Shown: positions 12,236 to 23,131 of the stretch, piece after piece
How positions within the stretch are numbered: the first letter of the stretch is position 1
How the letters are laid out: each line of letters begins with the position of its first letter
DNA from: an uncultured Gemmatimonadaceae bacterium
GTDB lineage: Bacteria > Gemmatimonadota > Gemmatimonadetes > Gemmatimonadales > GWC2-71-9
Direction: 5' to 3'
NCBI GenBank assembly: GCA_964449145.1
Contig: CAYUYF010000001.1
Location: 64,166 to 128,165, forward strand
Length of the DNA stretch: 64,000 nt
The notes under the pieces: model-generated
Seen by the model: the letters and a program-made list of their open reading frames with translations, nothing else
Databases searched by the model: none
What the model was told of the DNA's origin: nothing
Program-made: the position numbers and the translations under genes

Positions 12236-15073
12236 ATGTCCGCTCGCTCGCTGTCACTCCTGCTGTCACTCGTCGTTGCCGCTTCACTAGGGGCGCAGCA
12301 GCCGGCGCCGCGCCCCGCGACGGCGGCCCGGACCGGGGCCCTCACCGCCCGCAGTTGTGCCCAGATTCAGGCCGCCAGCCGGGCTCGGCCCGCCCAGCGG
12401 GCAACCAAGGGCGCGAGCGTGGAAGGCATCACGGAGTACACCCTGCCGAACGGGCTCCGGGTACTGCTCTTCCCGGATGCCTCCAAGCCGACCGTCACGG
12501 TGAACATCACCTACCTGGTCGGGTCCCGACACGAGGCGTACGGCGAGACCGGCATGGCACACCTGCTGGAGCACATGGTGTTCAAGGGGACGCCCTGTCA
12601 CGAGAAGATCTTCCAGGAGCTGACCGAGCGGGGCGCCAACCCGAACGGCACCACCTGGTTCGACCGCACCAACTACTTCGAGACCTTGACCAGCACGGCG
12701 GACAACCTGGCCTGGGCGCTGGACCTCGAAGCGGACCGAATGACCAACAGCTATATCGCGAAGTCAGATCTCGAGTCCGAGTTCACGGTGGTGCGGAACG
12801 AGTTCGAGTCCGGGGAGAATGATCCGGGGGGCATTCTCGAGGAACGGGTCCTCTCCACGGCGTTCTTGTGGCACAACTACGGTAACTCCACCATCGGTGC
12901 CCGCTCTGACCTCGAGCATGTGCCGATCGAACGGCTGCAGGGCTTCTACCGGAAGTACTACCAGCCGGACAACGCCATCCTGGTGGTCGCCGGCAAGTTC
13001 GATCCCGTGACTACCCTCCGCCTGGTGGAGCAGAAGTTCGGCCGCATTCCCCGCCCGGTCCGTACGGGGGAGATGAAGCTCTGGCCCACCTACACCCTGG
13101 ATCCCACGCAGGACGGGGAGCGAGAGGTCACTCTCCGCCGGGTCGGCGACGTGCAGGTCCTGATGGCGGCGTATCACATCAGCTCGGGTGCACATCCCGA
13201 CTTTCCAGCCCTTGACGTGCTGGCCCGCGTGCTGGGGTCGCAGCCGTCTGGACGGCTCTACCAGGCGCTGGTCGCCACGAGGAAGGCGGCGTTCACCTAT
13301 GCCCGGACCTACCGGCTCCGGGAGCCCGGGATGCTGATGGCGGTGGCGCAGGTCCGCAAGGAAGATCCGATGGACAGCGCCCGCACGGCAATGCTCGCCG
13401 CCCTGGACGACGCGGTGAGCCGGCCGCCCAGCGCCGAGGAGGTGGAACGAGCCAAGACCGAGATCGGCAAGAACTTCCAGCTGCTGCTCAACAACTCTGA
13501 GGCGGTGGCGCTCACCCTGAGCGAGTGGGCCTCGATGGCCGACTGGCGGATGCTGTTCATTCATCGGGACCGGGTGAAGGCGGTGACGCCCGAGGACGTC
13601 GTGCGAGTTGCCGCCACCTATCTCAAGTCCAGCAACCGCACGCTGGGCACCTTTGTGCCAACCGAGAAGCCCGATCGGACCGAGGTGCCCGCCACGCCGG
13701 ACATTACTGCCTTGGTGCGCGAGTACCGCGGCGACACGCTGCTGGCCGAGGGCGAGGTGTTCGATCCCTCGCCGGAGAACATCGATCGCCGCGTCACCCG
13801 AATGAAGCTGGGTGGGCTCGAGGTGGCCTTCCTTCCCAAGAAGACCCGGGGCGGCTCAGTCAATGCGAGTCTGTCGCTGGATTTCAACGACCTGGCGGGG
13901 GCGCGTGGAAAGTCAGCCGTCGCGTCACTGACCGGGCAGATGCTGATCCGCGGCACCCGCACCAAGTCCCGTCAGCAGATCAAGGATGAGTTCGACCGGC
14001 TCAAGGCCCGGGTGGGACTCTCCGGCAGCGAAACAGCGCTCAACGGCCGGTTCGAGACCACCAGGGAGAATCTCCCGGCGGTGCTCCGGTTGCTGGGAGA
14101 GGTGCTTCGGGAGCCGGCATTCGATGCCAAGGAGTTCGATGAGCTGCGGCAGCAGAGTCTCGCCGGGCTGGAGGAGAATCGCTCCGATCCGCAGGCGCTG
14201 GGCTTCAACGCCTTCCAGCGCTACCTGAGCCCGTACCCCAAGGGAGACCCGCGCTATACCGCAACGATCGACGAGGAGATCGAGGATTACCAGGCAGCGA
14301 CGGTCGAGGAGGTGCGCCGCTTCTACGCCGAGACCTACGGCGCTGGCAATGGCCAGCTGGCCATTGTGGGCGACTTCGAGCCGTCGGAGATCACGCCGAT
14401 TCTGGGCGCCATCTTCGCCGACTGGAAGAGCCCGCACCGGTATGAGCGCATCCCCTCCACCTACCAGGAGGTGGCCCCCACCACGATGAGCGTCGAGACG
14501 CCGGACAAGGCCAACGCGTGGTTCCTGGCGGGGGTGAACGTCGAGCTCCGGGATGACGACCCGGCCTACCCGGCGCTCCTCCTGGGCAACGAGATCCTGG
14601 GCGGGGGGATCCTCAATTCCCGTCTGGCCACCCGCATCCGGCAGAAGGAGGGCATCAGTTACGGAGTGGGCTCGTTCCTGAGCGCCTCCTCGGAAGATCG
14701 CAACGGCCGGTTCATCGGCTATGCGATTTACGCCCCGGAAAACGTTGCCAAGGTGGAGACGGCCTTCCGCGAGGAGATGGAACGCGCTACGCGGGAGGGC
14801 CTCACCGCGGACGAGCTCGACAAGGCCCGGCTCGGCTGGCTGCAGAACCAGACGGTGAGCCGCTCCAACGACGGCGCGCTCGCGGGCGACCTGCAGGGGA
14901 AAGTCTATCTCGGCCGCACCATGGCCTTCGATGCCGAACTGGAGCGCCGGGTCCGCGCCCTGACGCTCGATGATGTCAACAGCGCTCTCCGCCGGTTCCT
15001 CGATCCCGCCAGAATCGTGGTGGTCAAGGCCGGCGACTTCGCCAAGGGGAAGACCGGACCCACCCAACCCTAG
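12236..15073 (+). CDS. M16 (pitrilysin/insulinase) family zinc peptidase, double-length
   Basis: Inverted zinc motif HxxEH in 'HLLEHMVFKGT'. The roughly 945-aa protein contains two M16 active/inactive domain pairs. The signal peptide 'MSARSLSLLLSLVVAASLGAQQ' starts at ATG 12236 (ORF-track start 12191). Confidence 0.9.
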   Translation: MSARSLSLLLSLVVAASLGAQQPAPRPATAARTGALTARSCAQIQAASRARPAQRATKGASVEGITEYTLPNGLRVLLFPDASKPTVTVNITYLVGSRHEAYGETGMAHLLEHMVFKGTPCHEKIFQELTERGANPNGTTWFDRTNYFETLTSTADNLAWALDLEADRMTNSYIAKSDLESEFTVVRNEFESGENDPGGILEERVLSTAFLWHNYGNSTIGARSDLEHVPIERLQGFYRKYYQPDNAILVVAGKFDPVTTLRLVEQKFGRIPRPVRTGEMKLWPTYTLDPTQDGEREVTLRRVGDVQVLMAAYHISSGAHPDFPALDVLARVLGSQPSGRLYQALVATRKAAFTYARTYRLREPGMLMAVAQVRKEDPMDSARTAMLAALDDAVSRPPSAEEVERAKTEIGKNFQLLLNNSEAVALTLSEWASMADWRMLFIHRDRVKAVTPEDVVRVAATYLKSSNRTLGTFVPTEKPDRTEVPATPDITALVREYRGDTLLAEGEVFDPSPENIDRRVTRMKLGGLEVAFLPKKTRGGSVNASLSLDFNDLAGARGKSAVASLTGQMLIRGTRTKSRQQIKDEFDRLKARVGLSGSETALNGRFETTRENLPAVLRLLGEVLREPAFDAKEFDELRQQSLAGLEENRSDPQALGFNAFQRYLSPYPKGDPRYTATIDEEIEDYQAATVEEVRRFYAETYGAGNGQLAIVGDFEPSEITPILGAIFADWKSPHRYERIPSTYQEVAPTTMSVETPDKANAWFLAGVNVELRDDDPAYPALLLGNEILGGGILNSRLATRIRQKEGISYGVGSFLSASSEDRNGRFIGYAIYAPENVAKVETAFREEMERATREGLTADELDKARLGWLQNQTVSRSNDGALAGDLQGKVYLGRTMAFDAELERRVRALTLDDVNSALRRFLDPARIVVVKAGDFAKGKTGPTQP

Positions 15074-15097
15074 CCGGGGCCGACGCCGGACGGAGTC

Positions 15098-15126
15098 GGG
15101 CGGCGGGCCTTCGGGCCGCGCCGCCC
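15098..15126 (+). terminator. GC-rich hairpin with TTCG tetraloop downstream of the M16 peptidase (terminator-like, no T-tract)
   Basis: GGGCGGCGGGCC-TTCG-GGCCGCGCCGCCC, a 12-bp stem with one bulged G. The following sequence, ACTTCGCG, is not U-rich, so function is uncertain. Confidence 0.35.
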
Positions 15127-15171
15127 ACTTCGCGTCTACCATCTCCCGTGCCGGTCCTCTAGGTTTCTCTC

Positions 15172-15576
15172 ATGTCCCGCCCATTCTTCTACCGCGAGAC
15201 CGAGGGAATCCGGATCAGCGTGCGACCGCTGTTCCTGCCGGACCGGTCCCACCCCGCGCAGCAGCAGTTCGTCTTCGCCTATTACGTGAGGATCGAAAAC
15301 GTCGGCGCTGCGTCGGCCCATCTGCTGACCCGGCGGTGGCTCATTCACGATTCCATCGGTGAGGACACGGTGGTCGAGGGGGAGGGGGTCGTGGGACAGC
15401 AGCCCTATCTCAACCCCGGCGAGGTACACGAGTACCAGAGCTTCTGCGTGCTCAAGTCACCGGGCGGGTACATGGAGGGCCAGTATCTGTTCGTGCGGCC
15501 CGACGGTTCCGGATTTGCCGCCGAGATTCCCCGCTTTACCCTGGAAGCCAACCAGTCCGCTGAGCCGCGGCACTGA
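15172..15576 (+). CDS. apaG: ApaG (DUF525) protein
   Basis: 134 aa. Contains 'FVFAYYVRIENVG', 'LLTRRWLIHDSIGEDTVVEGEGVVGQQPYLNPGE' and 'YQSFCVL', the typical ApaG signature. Confidence 0.9.
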   Translation: MSRPFFYRETEGIRISVRPLFLPDRSHPAQQQFVFAYYVRIENVGAASAHLLTRRWLIHDSIGEDTVVEGEGVVGQQPYLNPGEVHEYQSFCVLKSPGGYMEGQYLFVRPDGSGFAAEIPRFTLEANQSAEPRH

Positions 15577-15589
15577 CGGGCCCCCTCCC

Positions 15590-16918
15590 GTGACCCTGCT
15601 CGATGGCCTTCGTGCCGGACTGGACCGGCTGCAGCTCGGGCCGGGGCCCTGGCTGGTGGCCGTCTCCGGTGGCGCCGATTCGATGGTGCTGCTGGATCTG
15701 CTGTCCCGCCTGGGTGAGTCAGTGCCTTCCCTCGTCGTGGCGCATGTAGACCACGGCATTCACCCTGCAAGCGGGGCCGTCGCGGAGCTGGTCGCACGCC
15801 GAGCAGCAGAACTCGGACTTCCCTGTGTCAGCGTGAAGCTGCAGCTGGGCTCTACTGCGTCCGAGACCCGGGCCCGCACCGCGCGGCATGCGGCGTTGCG
15901 CAGCCTCCGGCGCGAGGCCGGGGCCCGCTGGATCCTTACCGCCCACCACGCCGACGACCAGCGGGAGACCGTCCTGATGCGGGTCCTCCGCGGCAGCGGG
16001 CCCGCGGGGCTGGCGGGGATGCCGGGGAAGGGCGGTGGCCTGGCCCGGCCGCTGCTGGCCCTGGATGTCACTCGGCTGCGTGACTACGCTCGGGAGCACG
16101 GGCTCGAGTACTGGGAAGATCCCGCCAATCGGGACCCGAGACATCTCCGCTCCTGGCTCCGGACGTCGTTCCTCCCGCCGGTCGCCGAGCGGCTCCCCGA
16201 CCTCGCCGACCGGCTGGACCAGGGCCGACGGCACGCGGCGCGCGGTCGTCGGGCGTGGTCCGAGTCCCTCTTGCACTGGCCCGGCCTGGGTTACCGCAGC
16301 GAGGACGGGCAACACTCGGTGGATTGGGCCGTCCTCGCCCCGCTGCCGGGAGCGCTCCGGCTCGCGCTGGCCCAAGCCCTCGTTCGCGCCGCCGGCGGCC
16401 CGGCGGGGGAGCGTGGGGTGGGACGAGCCATGCGCGCGCTGAAGCGGGGGGAGAGTGGGCAATCGGCCGACTTGGCCAGGGGCTGGGGGCTCGAGTTGGC
16501 GTTTGGTCGCCTGATGGTGGCCCGGCCGGAATCCGCCGGCGTCGCAGCCCCCGGGGTGCTGGACGCCGGCCCGGGGGAACTCCCCTGGGGGCGGTGGACT
16601 ATTCGCTGGGGTCCCGAGACCGCCCCACGCCTCCAGCCGCGCGACGGCGGGACGGCGTGGTTCATCCCCGGGACACTGGTAGTACGCCCGTGGCAGCCGG
16701 GGGACAGAGTATCACCCCTCGGCGGTGCGGGGCACCGACTGGCAGCCCGTTGCTTTCAGGACGCGAAGGTCGCGGCCAGTGTCCGTCGCCGCTGGCCGGT
16801 ATTCGCCACCCCGGGGGAGGAGGCTCTGGTCTGGATTCCAGGCGTGGTTCGTTCAGCGCTCCTCGTTCCGGCCGGCGGCGACCCCTCCGTCCGGGTGGAG
16901 CTGGTCCGTCATGACTGA
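15590..16918 (+). CDS. tilS: tRNA(Ile)-lysidine synthetase
   Basis: PP-loop 'LVAVSGGADSMVLLDLL'. In-frame GTG 15590 lies 14 nt after the apaG stop; the ORF-track start at 15359 overlaps apaG. The tilS-hpt-ftsH order is conserved in many bacteria. Confidence 0.9.
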   Translation: MTLLDGLRAGLDRLQLGPGPWLVAVSGGADSMVLLDLLSRLGESVPSLVVAHVDHGIHPASGAVAELVARRAAELGLPCVSVKLQLGSTASETRARTARHAALRSLRREAGARWILTAHHADDQRETVLMRVLRGSGPAGLAGMPGKGGGLARPLLALDVTRLRDYAREHGLEYWEDPANRDPRHLRSWLRTSFLPPVAERLPDLADRLDQGRRHAARGRRAWSESLLHWPGLGYRSEDGQHSVDWAVLAPLPGALRLALAQALVRAAGGPAGERGVGRAMRALKRGESGQSADLARGWGLELAFGRLMVARPESAGVAAPGVLDAGPGELPWGRWTIRWGPETAPRLQPRDGGTAWFIPGTLVVRPWQPGDRVSPLGGAGHRLAARCFQDAKVAASVRRRWPVFATPGEEALVWIPGVVRSALLVPAGGDPSVRVELVRHD

Positions 16919-17447
16919 TCCACGGCTGGGCGGGCGTACGGTGCGGCGCATTGTGTTCGACACCGAGACCATCCAGCGGCGGGTGGCTGAATTGGGGCGG
17001 GAAATCACCCTCGCCTACCCGGACGGAGACCTGCTGCTCATCGGGCTGCTCAAGGGCAGCTACGTGTTCATGGCGGATCTGGCCCGGCAGATCCTCAGGC
17101 CGCTGCAGATAGACTTCCTCGTGGCCAGCAGTTACGGGGCGTACCAGGTTTCGAGCGGGGAGGTCCGGCTCCTGTATGAGCCGCCCGCAGCGCTGGCGGG
17201 CAGGCAGATCCTGCTCGTTGAGGATATAATTGATAGCGGCCGTACCTTGGCGTCCCTGGCGGACCGACTTCGGTCCCGGAACCCCAAGAGCCTCGCGATC
17301 TGCGCGTTGCTGGATAAGCGCATCGCGGCCCCTCCGCCGGAGCTTCGGTTTGTGGGGTTTGAGGCGCCGACCAGCTTCCTGGTCGGTTATGGCCTGGATC
17401 ACGCGGAGGATTTCCGGCACCTCCCGTATATCGCGGAAGTGAACTAG
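16911..17447 (+). CDS. hpt: Hypoxanthine phosphoribosyltransferase
   Basis: Start 'MTDPRLGGRTVRRIVFDTETIQRRV' at ATG 16911, an 8-nt overlap with tilS. Contains the PRPP motif 'ILLVEDIIDSGRTL' and 'LLKGSYVFMADL'. Confidence 0.93.
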   Translation: MTDPRLGGRTVRRIVFDTETIQRRVAELGREITLAYPDGDLLLIGLLKGSYVFMADLARQILRPLQIDFLVASSYGAYQVSSGEVRLLYEPPAALAGRQILLVEDIIDSGRTLASLADRLRSRNPKSLAICALLDKRIAAPPPELRFVGFEAPTSFLVGYGLDHAEDFRHLPYIAEVN

Positions 17448-19430
17448 ATGGCTGAACGCATGCCTCCATCGCCCCGGCCCGACTGGCGGGGGCTTAGCAA
17501 GAACCTGGCGCTCTGGGTGCTCGTGGCGCTGGTGGCCATGGCCCTGTTCCAGTTGATGAACAACCAGCGCAGCGCGATGCAGGAGTTCACCTACACCGCG
17601 TTCAAGGAGCAGCTGGCCCAGGGAAATGTGAAGAACGTCGTGGTGTACGACGGAAAGCAGCTCGAGGGAGAGTTCGCTTCGCCGGTGACGCAGGACAACC
17701 GCAAGGCCAAGAACTTCCTGGTGCTCCTGCCCATCAAGGACAGTGAAGGGTTTCTGGCCGACCTGGAAAAGGCGGGTGTCCCGATCTCGGCCAAGGAGCC
17801 GAAGATCGGCGTCGCCAGCTTCCTGCTCGCCGCCCTGCCGTGGATCGTGATCATCGGTCTCTGGGTGTTCCTGCTGCGCCAGCTGCAGGCCGGCGGCAGC
17901 CGCGCGTTCAGCTTCGGAAAGAGCAAGGCCAAGCTGCTCACCGGAGACACCCCCAAGCTCACCTTCGCGGACGTGGCTGGCGCCGACGAAGCCAAGGTCG
18001 AGCTGCAGGAGATCATCGAGTTCCTGAAGGATCCGGGCAAGTTCACCCGGCTGGGTGGCCGCCTCCCCAAGGGCGCCCTGCTGGTGGGGCCGCCCGGCAC
18101 CGGCAAGACCCTGCTCGCCAAGGCGGTCGCCGGCGAAGCGGGGCGTCCGTTCTTCTCGATGTCCGGTTCGGATTTCGTGGAGATGTTCGTGGGCGTCGGG
18201 GCCTCCCGGGTCCGGGATCTCTTCGAGCAGGGCAAGGCCAACGCCCCCTGCATCATCTTCATTGACGAGATCGACGCGGTGGGGCGGCATCGTGGGGCAG
18301 GCCTGGGCGGCGGGCACGATGAGCGGGAGCAGACGCTCAACCAGCTGCTGGTGGAGATGGACGGTTTCGAGTCGAATGACGGCGTCATCCTGATCGCGGC
18401 CACCAACCGGCCGGACGTGCTGGATCCGGCGCTGCTGCGGCCCGGCCGGTTCGACCGCCAGATCATGGTGGACGCCCCGGACGTGCGCGGCCGCGAAGGA
18501 ATCCTGCGGGTGCATACCCGCAAGATCCCGCTGGCGGCGGACGTCGTGCTGGAGACCATCGCCAAGGGGACGCCCGGCATGGCCGGGGCGGACCTGGCCA
18601 ACCTGGTCAACGAAGCGGCGCTGCTCGCCGCCCGGCGCAACAAGTCGCTGGTGGACATGCAGGACTTCGAGGACGCCAAGGACAAGGTGATGCTGGGCGT
18701 AGAACGGAAGAGCCTGGTCCTGTCGGAGGATGAGCGTCGCCTGACCGCCTTCCACGAGGCGGGGCACACCGTCGTATCCATGAAGACGATGGGCTCCGAC
18801 CCGATTCACAAGGTCACGATTGTCCCGCGCGGACGGGCGCTGGGACTCATGATGTCGCTGCCGGACAAGGACCGCTACGGGCAGACCAAGGAGTGGCTCA
18901 TCGGGCGGCTGGCCATCGCCTTCGGCGGCCGGGTGGCGGAGGAGCTGGAGTTCGGACCCAACAAGATCACCACCGGGGCGGGCAGCGACATCGAGCAGGC
19001 CACGGCCATCGCCCGTCGCATGGTGACCCAGTTCGGCATGAGCGAGAAGATCGGCATGATGGCCATCGGTGACCGGGAGCAGGAGATCTTTCTCGGGCGC
19101 GAATTTGGCCAGCGGCGGGAGACCTCGGAGCGCACCGCGCAGCTGGTGGACGATGAGGTCAAGCGCTTCCTCGACGAGGCCCACGAGGCGGCGCGGAAGA
19201 TCCTGACGGAGAACCGTGAGCTGCTGGAGCGGATCGCGCTCACCTTGCTGGAACGGGAAACCATCGACCGCAGCGAAATCGATCTCCTTGCCTCCGGGCA
19301 GCCGCTGCCGCCGGAGCCGATGCTGCCGCCGCCGCCCACGCCGCCGACCGCGGCGGCGCCCAAGACCGATCCCGCGCCGGTCCGCACACCCATTCTGGGT
19401 GCCCCGCCCGCCGAGCCCATGGGCGCGTGA
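17448..19430 (+). CDS. ftsH: ATP-dependent zinc metalloprotease FtsH
   Basis: 660 aa. Walker A '[13 protein letters not shown]', Walker B 'IIFIDEIDA', SRH '[19 protein letters not shown]' and zinc site 'HEAGH'. The C-terminal tail is Pro-rich. Confidence 0.97.
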   Translation: MAERMPPSPRPDWRGLSKNLALWVLVALVAMALFQLMNNQRSAMQEFTYTAFKEQLAQGNVKNVVVYDGKQLEGEFASPVTQDNRKAKNFLVLLPIKDSEGFLADLEKAGVPISAKEPKIGVASFLLAALPWIVIIGLWVFLLRQLQAGGSRAFSFGKSKAKLLTGDTPKLTFADVAGADEAKVELQEIIEFLKDPGKFTRLGGRLPKGALLVGPPGTGKTLLAKAVAGEAGRPFFSMSGSDFVEMFVGVGASRVRDLFEQGKANAPCIIFIDEIDAVGRHRGAGLGGGHDEREQTLNQLLVEMDGFESNDGVILIAATNRPDVLDPALLRPGRFDRQIMVDAPDVRGREGILRVHTRKIPLAADVVLETIAKGTPGMAGADLANLVNEAALLAARRNKSLVDMQDFEDAKDKVMLGVERKSLVLSEDERRLTAFHEAGHTVVSMKTMGSDPIHKVTIVPRGRALGLMMSLPDKDRYGQTKEWLIGRLAIAFGGRVAEELEFGPNKITTGAGSDIEQATAIARRMVTQFGMSEKIGMMAIGDREQEIFLGREFGQRRETSERTAQLVDDEVKRFLDEAHEAARKILTENRELLERIALTLLERETIDRSEIDLLASGQPLPPEPMLPPPPTPPTAAAPKTDPAPVRTPILGAPPAEPMGA

Positions 19431-20599
19431 TCGCCCGACCGCTGGCTGCGCACTCCGCCCGGGCGGTGAAGGAGTTGCTGGCCGCGCGGGGATGGGATGA
19501 CGTGAAGGCCGATGCCGCCGCCGGGGCCCTCCGCCCGGCGGCGGTCGAGCTTGTCGGGCTGGACGAGGGTACCCTCCTCGCGCTGGTGCGCCACGCAGGC
19601 CAGTTGGGACTCGACCTGCTCACCGGAGCGGACTGGGCGGTCGTGAGCGGATCCGCGGCGCGCCTCAGTGCTCTGGCCCGACCCTGGGTCGTCCCCGCCG
19701 AACTGGCGCAGGTCGCGGACCTCGTCGGCCGGGCGCTCGCGCCGGAGGCGCCGGCGCACTGGATCACCGCTCGTGGCACCCTTCCGCTGGCCCATCCGCT
19801 GGTGATGGGCATCCTGAACATCACCCCGGATTCGTTCTCCGACGGTGGCCGGTTCCTGTCGTCCGACCAGGCGCTGGCGCAGGCCGACCGGTTGCTGGCC
19901 GAGGGCGCGGATCTGATCGATGTCGGCGGCGAATCCACCCGTCCGGGCAGTGAAGCGGTGCCGGAGGCGGAGGAGCTGGCGCGGGTGATCCCGATCGTGG
20001 CGGCGCTGGTGCGCCGGCATCCGGGTGTGGCCATTTCGGTGGACACGGTCAAGTCGGGCGTAGCCCGCGCCGCACTGGACGCGGGGGCCAGTATCATCAA
20101 CGACGTCAGCGGCGGGCGGCTGGACCCGGCCATGCCCGCGACGGTCGCGCGGGGCGGGGCCGGGTTCGTCATCATGCACTCGCGCGGCACGGTCAGCACC
20201 ATGGCGCGACTGGATCATGCGGAGTACGCGCCGGACGTCATCAGCGGCGTGCGGGAAGAACTGGCCCAGCGGCTGGAGGCGGCGCTGGCGGCGGGGCTGA
20301 CCCCTGACCAGATCGTCCTGGATCCCGGCTTCGGGTTTGCCAAGACCGGCGAGCAGAACCTGCTCCTGTGCGATGGGCTGGCGGCGCTGCTGCCGCTGGG
20401 CCGCCCCCTGCTGGTGGGCCCGTCCCGCAAGCGGTTCCTCGGCAGCGTCACCGGACGGGAAGTCGCCGAGCGGGACGTGGCCACGGCGGCGGCCTGTGTC
20501 GTGGCGTTCGAACGCGGCGCCCGGATCTTCCGGGTGCATCATGTGGCCCTGACCCGCGATGCCCTGGCAGTCGCTGCCGCCATACGCGGCGGGGGATGA
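19427..20599 (+). CDS. folP: Dihydropteroate synthase with a roughly 110-aa N-terminal extension
   Basis: The core starts near aa 112 ('[29 protein letters not shown]', '[11 protein letters not shown]', 'ISVDT', 'NDVSGG'). The GTG start overlaps the ftsH stop (GTGA). The extension has coding-type GC3 bias. Confidence 0.88.
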   Translation: MIARPLAAHSARAVKELLAARGWDDVKADAAAGALRPAAVELVGLDEGTLLALVRHAGQLGLDLLTGADWAVVSGSAARLSALARPWVVPAELAQVADLVGRALAPEAPAHWITARGTLPLAHPLVMGILNITPDSFSDGGRFLSSDQALAQADRLLAEGADLIDVGGESTRPGSEAVPEAEELARVIPIVAALVRRHPGVAISVDTVKSGVARAALDAGASIINDVSGGRLDPAMPATVARGGAGFVIMHSRGTVSTMARLDHAEYAPDVISGVREELAQRLEAALAAGLTPDQIVLDPGFGFAKTGEQNLLLCDGLAALLPLGRPLLVGPSRKRFLGSVTGREVAERDVATAAACVVAFERGARIFRVHHVALTRDALAVAAAIRGGG

Positions 20600-20670
20600 C
20601 CGGCAGCGCCGCTGCGAGGGACGAGCCGGATCGCCGCGACGTTTTTCGTTCACATTTCAACCACTTCTCC

Positions 20671-23034
20671 ATGACCGACCGTCGTCCTTCATATGGGTTT
20701 GCCGCCCTGGCGGGCCTGCTGGTGCTGCTGGGCTATGTGGTGACCCTGGCGCCCACGGTGACCTTCTGGGATGCGGGGGAGTTCATTGCGGCCACCAAGA
20801 CGCTGGGGGTTCCCCATCCACCGGGAACGCCGCTCTTCGTCATGATCGGCCACGTCTGGGCGGCGATCATTCCCCTCGCCGACTATGCCCAGCGGCTCAA
20901 CCTGCTCTCCGCGGTGATGGGGGCCTGCGGCGCCGCCTGCTTCTTCCTGGTGGCGGAAGACACCCTGCGGCAGTCGCTGGTGGGCCTGACGCCGCCGACG
21001 GAGCGGCTGGTGCGGCTGACCGGCGCATTCGGCGCCTCGCTGGTGGCGGCGTTCACCTTCACGATGTGGCAGAACTCCAACGAGACCGAGGTCTACGCCG
21101 TCGCGGTGTTCACGATCGCCCTGATCTGCTGGGCCTGCCTGCGCTGGCGGGCGGTCCGGGGGACGATGCGGGCGGCGCACCTGCTGCTGCTCATCCTGTA
21201 CCTCGCCGGCCTGTCCATCGGGAATCACCTGCTGGCCCTGCTGGCGGGGCCGGCGGTGGTCGCCTTTCTGCTGTCCGCCGTGCTCACGGAGCCTGCCGCC
21301 CGGCGCGAAGACCAGCTCACCGAACTGGCGCAGGTCGCGGTGATGGCGGGCACCTGGGCGCTCCTGATCGGCAGTGGGCTCGGGAGCACCACCCTCATCG
21401 TGCTGGGCGGGTTCTGCTATGTGGCCGCCTTCGCGTTCGCCGCCACCCAGGGCAGCGCCACCTTTGCCTTCGTGGCCCTGGCGGTCTCCTTCATTGGGGT
21501 GACCAGCTACCTCTTCCTCTATATCCGTGCCGGTCACGCGCCAATGATCAACGAGGCGCAGCCCGACAACTGGGATTCCCTGCTGGCCGTCATCCGGCGC
21601 GAGCAGTATCCGGTGCGGACCCCGCTCGACAACCCGACCCAGTTCCACGGTCCCGAGAACACCGGGCGCAGCTTCGACATCATCCGGCTGCAGTTGCTGA
21701 ACTACTTCCAGTACTTCGACTGGCAGTGGGGCAACGGCGTGCGGTGGATGCTCGGGAAGCTGCCGGTCCGCGTCCTCGCCACCCTGGTGTTCGCCTGGCT
21801 CGGAATCGTCGGGGCCACCGTGCAGCGGCGGGCGGACCGCTCGGCCTGGTGGCTGATGTTCATGCTATGGCTGACCACCGGTCTGGGGTTGGTGGCCTAC
21901 ATGAACTTCCGGCCGGGATTCAGCGTTGGCTACGATCTCTTCCCCAGCTCGGGTGACCATGAGGTGCGCGAGCGGGACTATTTCTTTGTCGTCAGCTTCG
22001 TGGTGTGGGGTTTCTGGGCGGGTCTCGGGCTGGCCCAGATGGCGCGCACGCTCATCGAGCGACGGGTCCTGCCGTCGGCCCTCGCCGTCGGCACGGCCGG
22101 GCTGCTGGTCCTGGTCCCATTTGCCGGCAACTTCGAGGCGGCCAGCCGCCGCCACAATCCCGACGCCCGGCTGGCGGCGGACTTCGCGTATGATCTGCTC
22201 AACTCGGTGCCGCCCTACGGGATCCTCTTCACCTACGGCGACAACGACACCTTCCCGCTGTGGTGGGCGCAGGAGGTGCAGGGGGTCCGCCAGGACGTAC
22301 TGGTGGTCTGTCTGGCCCTGGCCGAGACCGACTGGTACAAGAAGCAACTGCGGGACTGGCCGATCCGGCCCTTCGACGAGGCTGCTGCCCCGGCGTTCTG
22401 GCGCAACCGGAACCCGACACCACCCAGCCATCCACCCCACTCCTTCACCGACCAGCAGATCCTCTCGGCGCAGCCGATGCTCCTGCCGCAGGATGTGCCG
22501 CTGCAGATCGGCACCGTCCGCCACGTGCTGCCGAAAGGCACGCCGCTGTACAGTCGCGACTTCCTCGTGCTCAGGATCCTGCAGGACAACCTGGGCAAGC
22601 GCCCCATCGCCTGGTCGCTGACGACGGGCGGGGAGTTCTACGGATTGGAGCGCTACCTGCTGCAGCAGGGCCTGGTCATGGCCATGCAGCAGCAGGCGGT
22701 GGATACGACACGCGCGGACGTGGATCTCCAGCGCATCCTCGGGGTCGCCCTGGACGTTCCGATCACCGATACCCTGATGTGGCAGACGTACCGCTACGCG
22801 GCGCTGGTCGAGCGCGATGCGCCGAACCTCGAGCCGACCGCCGCCGGAGTGGCCAACAACCTGTCGCTACCGTTCGCCCAGCTGGCCTACGCCTACGAGG
22901 CGCGCGGGGACCGTCAGCGAGCGGTGGAGAACCTGACCCGGGCGGGCCGGCTGTCCTCCAATCCGGCCCTGGGCCGGGCACTGCAGAGCCTGATCGCCAC
23001 TCCGCCCGGGGAGTCGGCCCTCCCACGGCCCTGA
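20671..23034 (+). CDS. DUF2723 family polytopic membrane protein (glycosyltransferase-C-fold-like)
   Basis: Starts 'MTDRRPSYGFAALAGLLVLLGYVVTLAPTVTFWDAGEFIAATKTLGVPHPPGTPLF', the DUF2723 signature as I recall it. It has more than 10 hydrophobic segments and a soluble C-terminal part. The ORF-track start at 20368 overlaps folP. Confidence 0.8.
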   Translation: MTDRRPSYGFAALAGLLVLLGYVVTLAPTVTFWDAGEFIAATKTLGVPHPPGTPLFVMIGHVWAAIIPLADYAQRLNLLSAVMGACGAACFFLVAEDTLRQSLVGLTPPTERLVRLTGAFGASLVAAFTFTMWQNSNETEVYAVAVFTIALICWACLRWRAVRGTMRAAHLLLLILYLAGLSIGNHLLALLAGPAVVAFLLSAVLTEPAARREDQLTELAQVAVMAGTWALLIGSGLGSTTLIVLGGFCYVAAFAFAATQGSATFAFVALAVSFIGVTSYLFLYIRAGHAPMINEAQPDNWDSLLAVIRREQYPVRTPLDNPTQFHGPENTGRSFDIIRLQLLNYFQYFDWQWGNGVRWMLGKLPVRVLATLVFAWLGIVGATVQRRADRSAWWLMFMLWLTTGLGLVAYMNFRPGFSVGYDLFPSSGDHEVRERDYFFVVSFVVWGFWAGLGLAQMARTLIERRVLPSALAVGTAGLLVLVPFAGNFEAASRRHNPDARLAADFAYDLLNSVPPYGILFTYGDNDTFPLWWAQEVQGVRQDVLVVCLALAETDWYKKQLRDWPIRPFDEAAAPAFWRNRNPTPPSHPPHSFTDQQILSAQPMLLPQDVPLQIGTVRHVLPKGTPLYSRDFLVLRILQDNLGKRPIAWSLTTGGEFYGLERYLLQQGLVMAMQQQAVDTTRADVDLQRILGVALDVPITDTLMWQTYRYAALVERDAPNLEPTAAGVANNLSLPFAQLAYAYEARGDRQRAVENLTRAGRLSSNPALGRALQSLIATPPGESALPRP

Positions 23035-23131
23035 GGATCCGATCCCGGGGCCCGGGGTGGTGGTATGGCAGGGGCGGCATGGAGTCGTGGCCACTACAAT
23101 TAACCTCAACCCCCGCCTACCTTTACCCGCC

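Noticed and set aside
16662-19184. An 840-aa minus-strand ORF. Similar giant minus-strand ORFs occur at 55553-58249, 50007-52007, 18875-20653, 39734-41359 and 263-1720.
   Set aside because: They lie exactly antisense to motif-verified genes (hpt/ftsH, murF/mraY, rsmH, folP, the AAA+ gene, glyA). Their composition is Arg/Pro/Gly/His-dominated with no recognisable motifs. Stop-free antisense frames are expected in GC-rich DNA with GC3-saturated codons.
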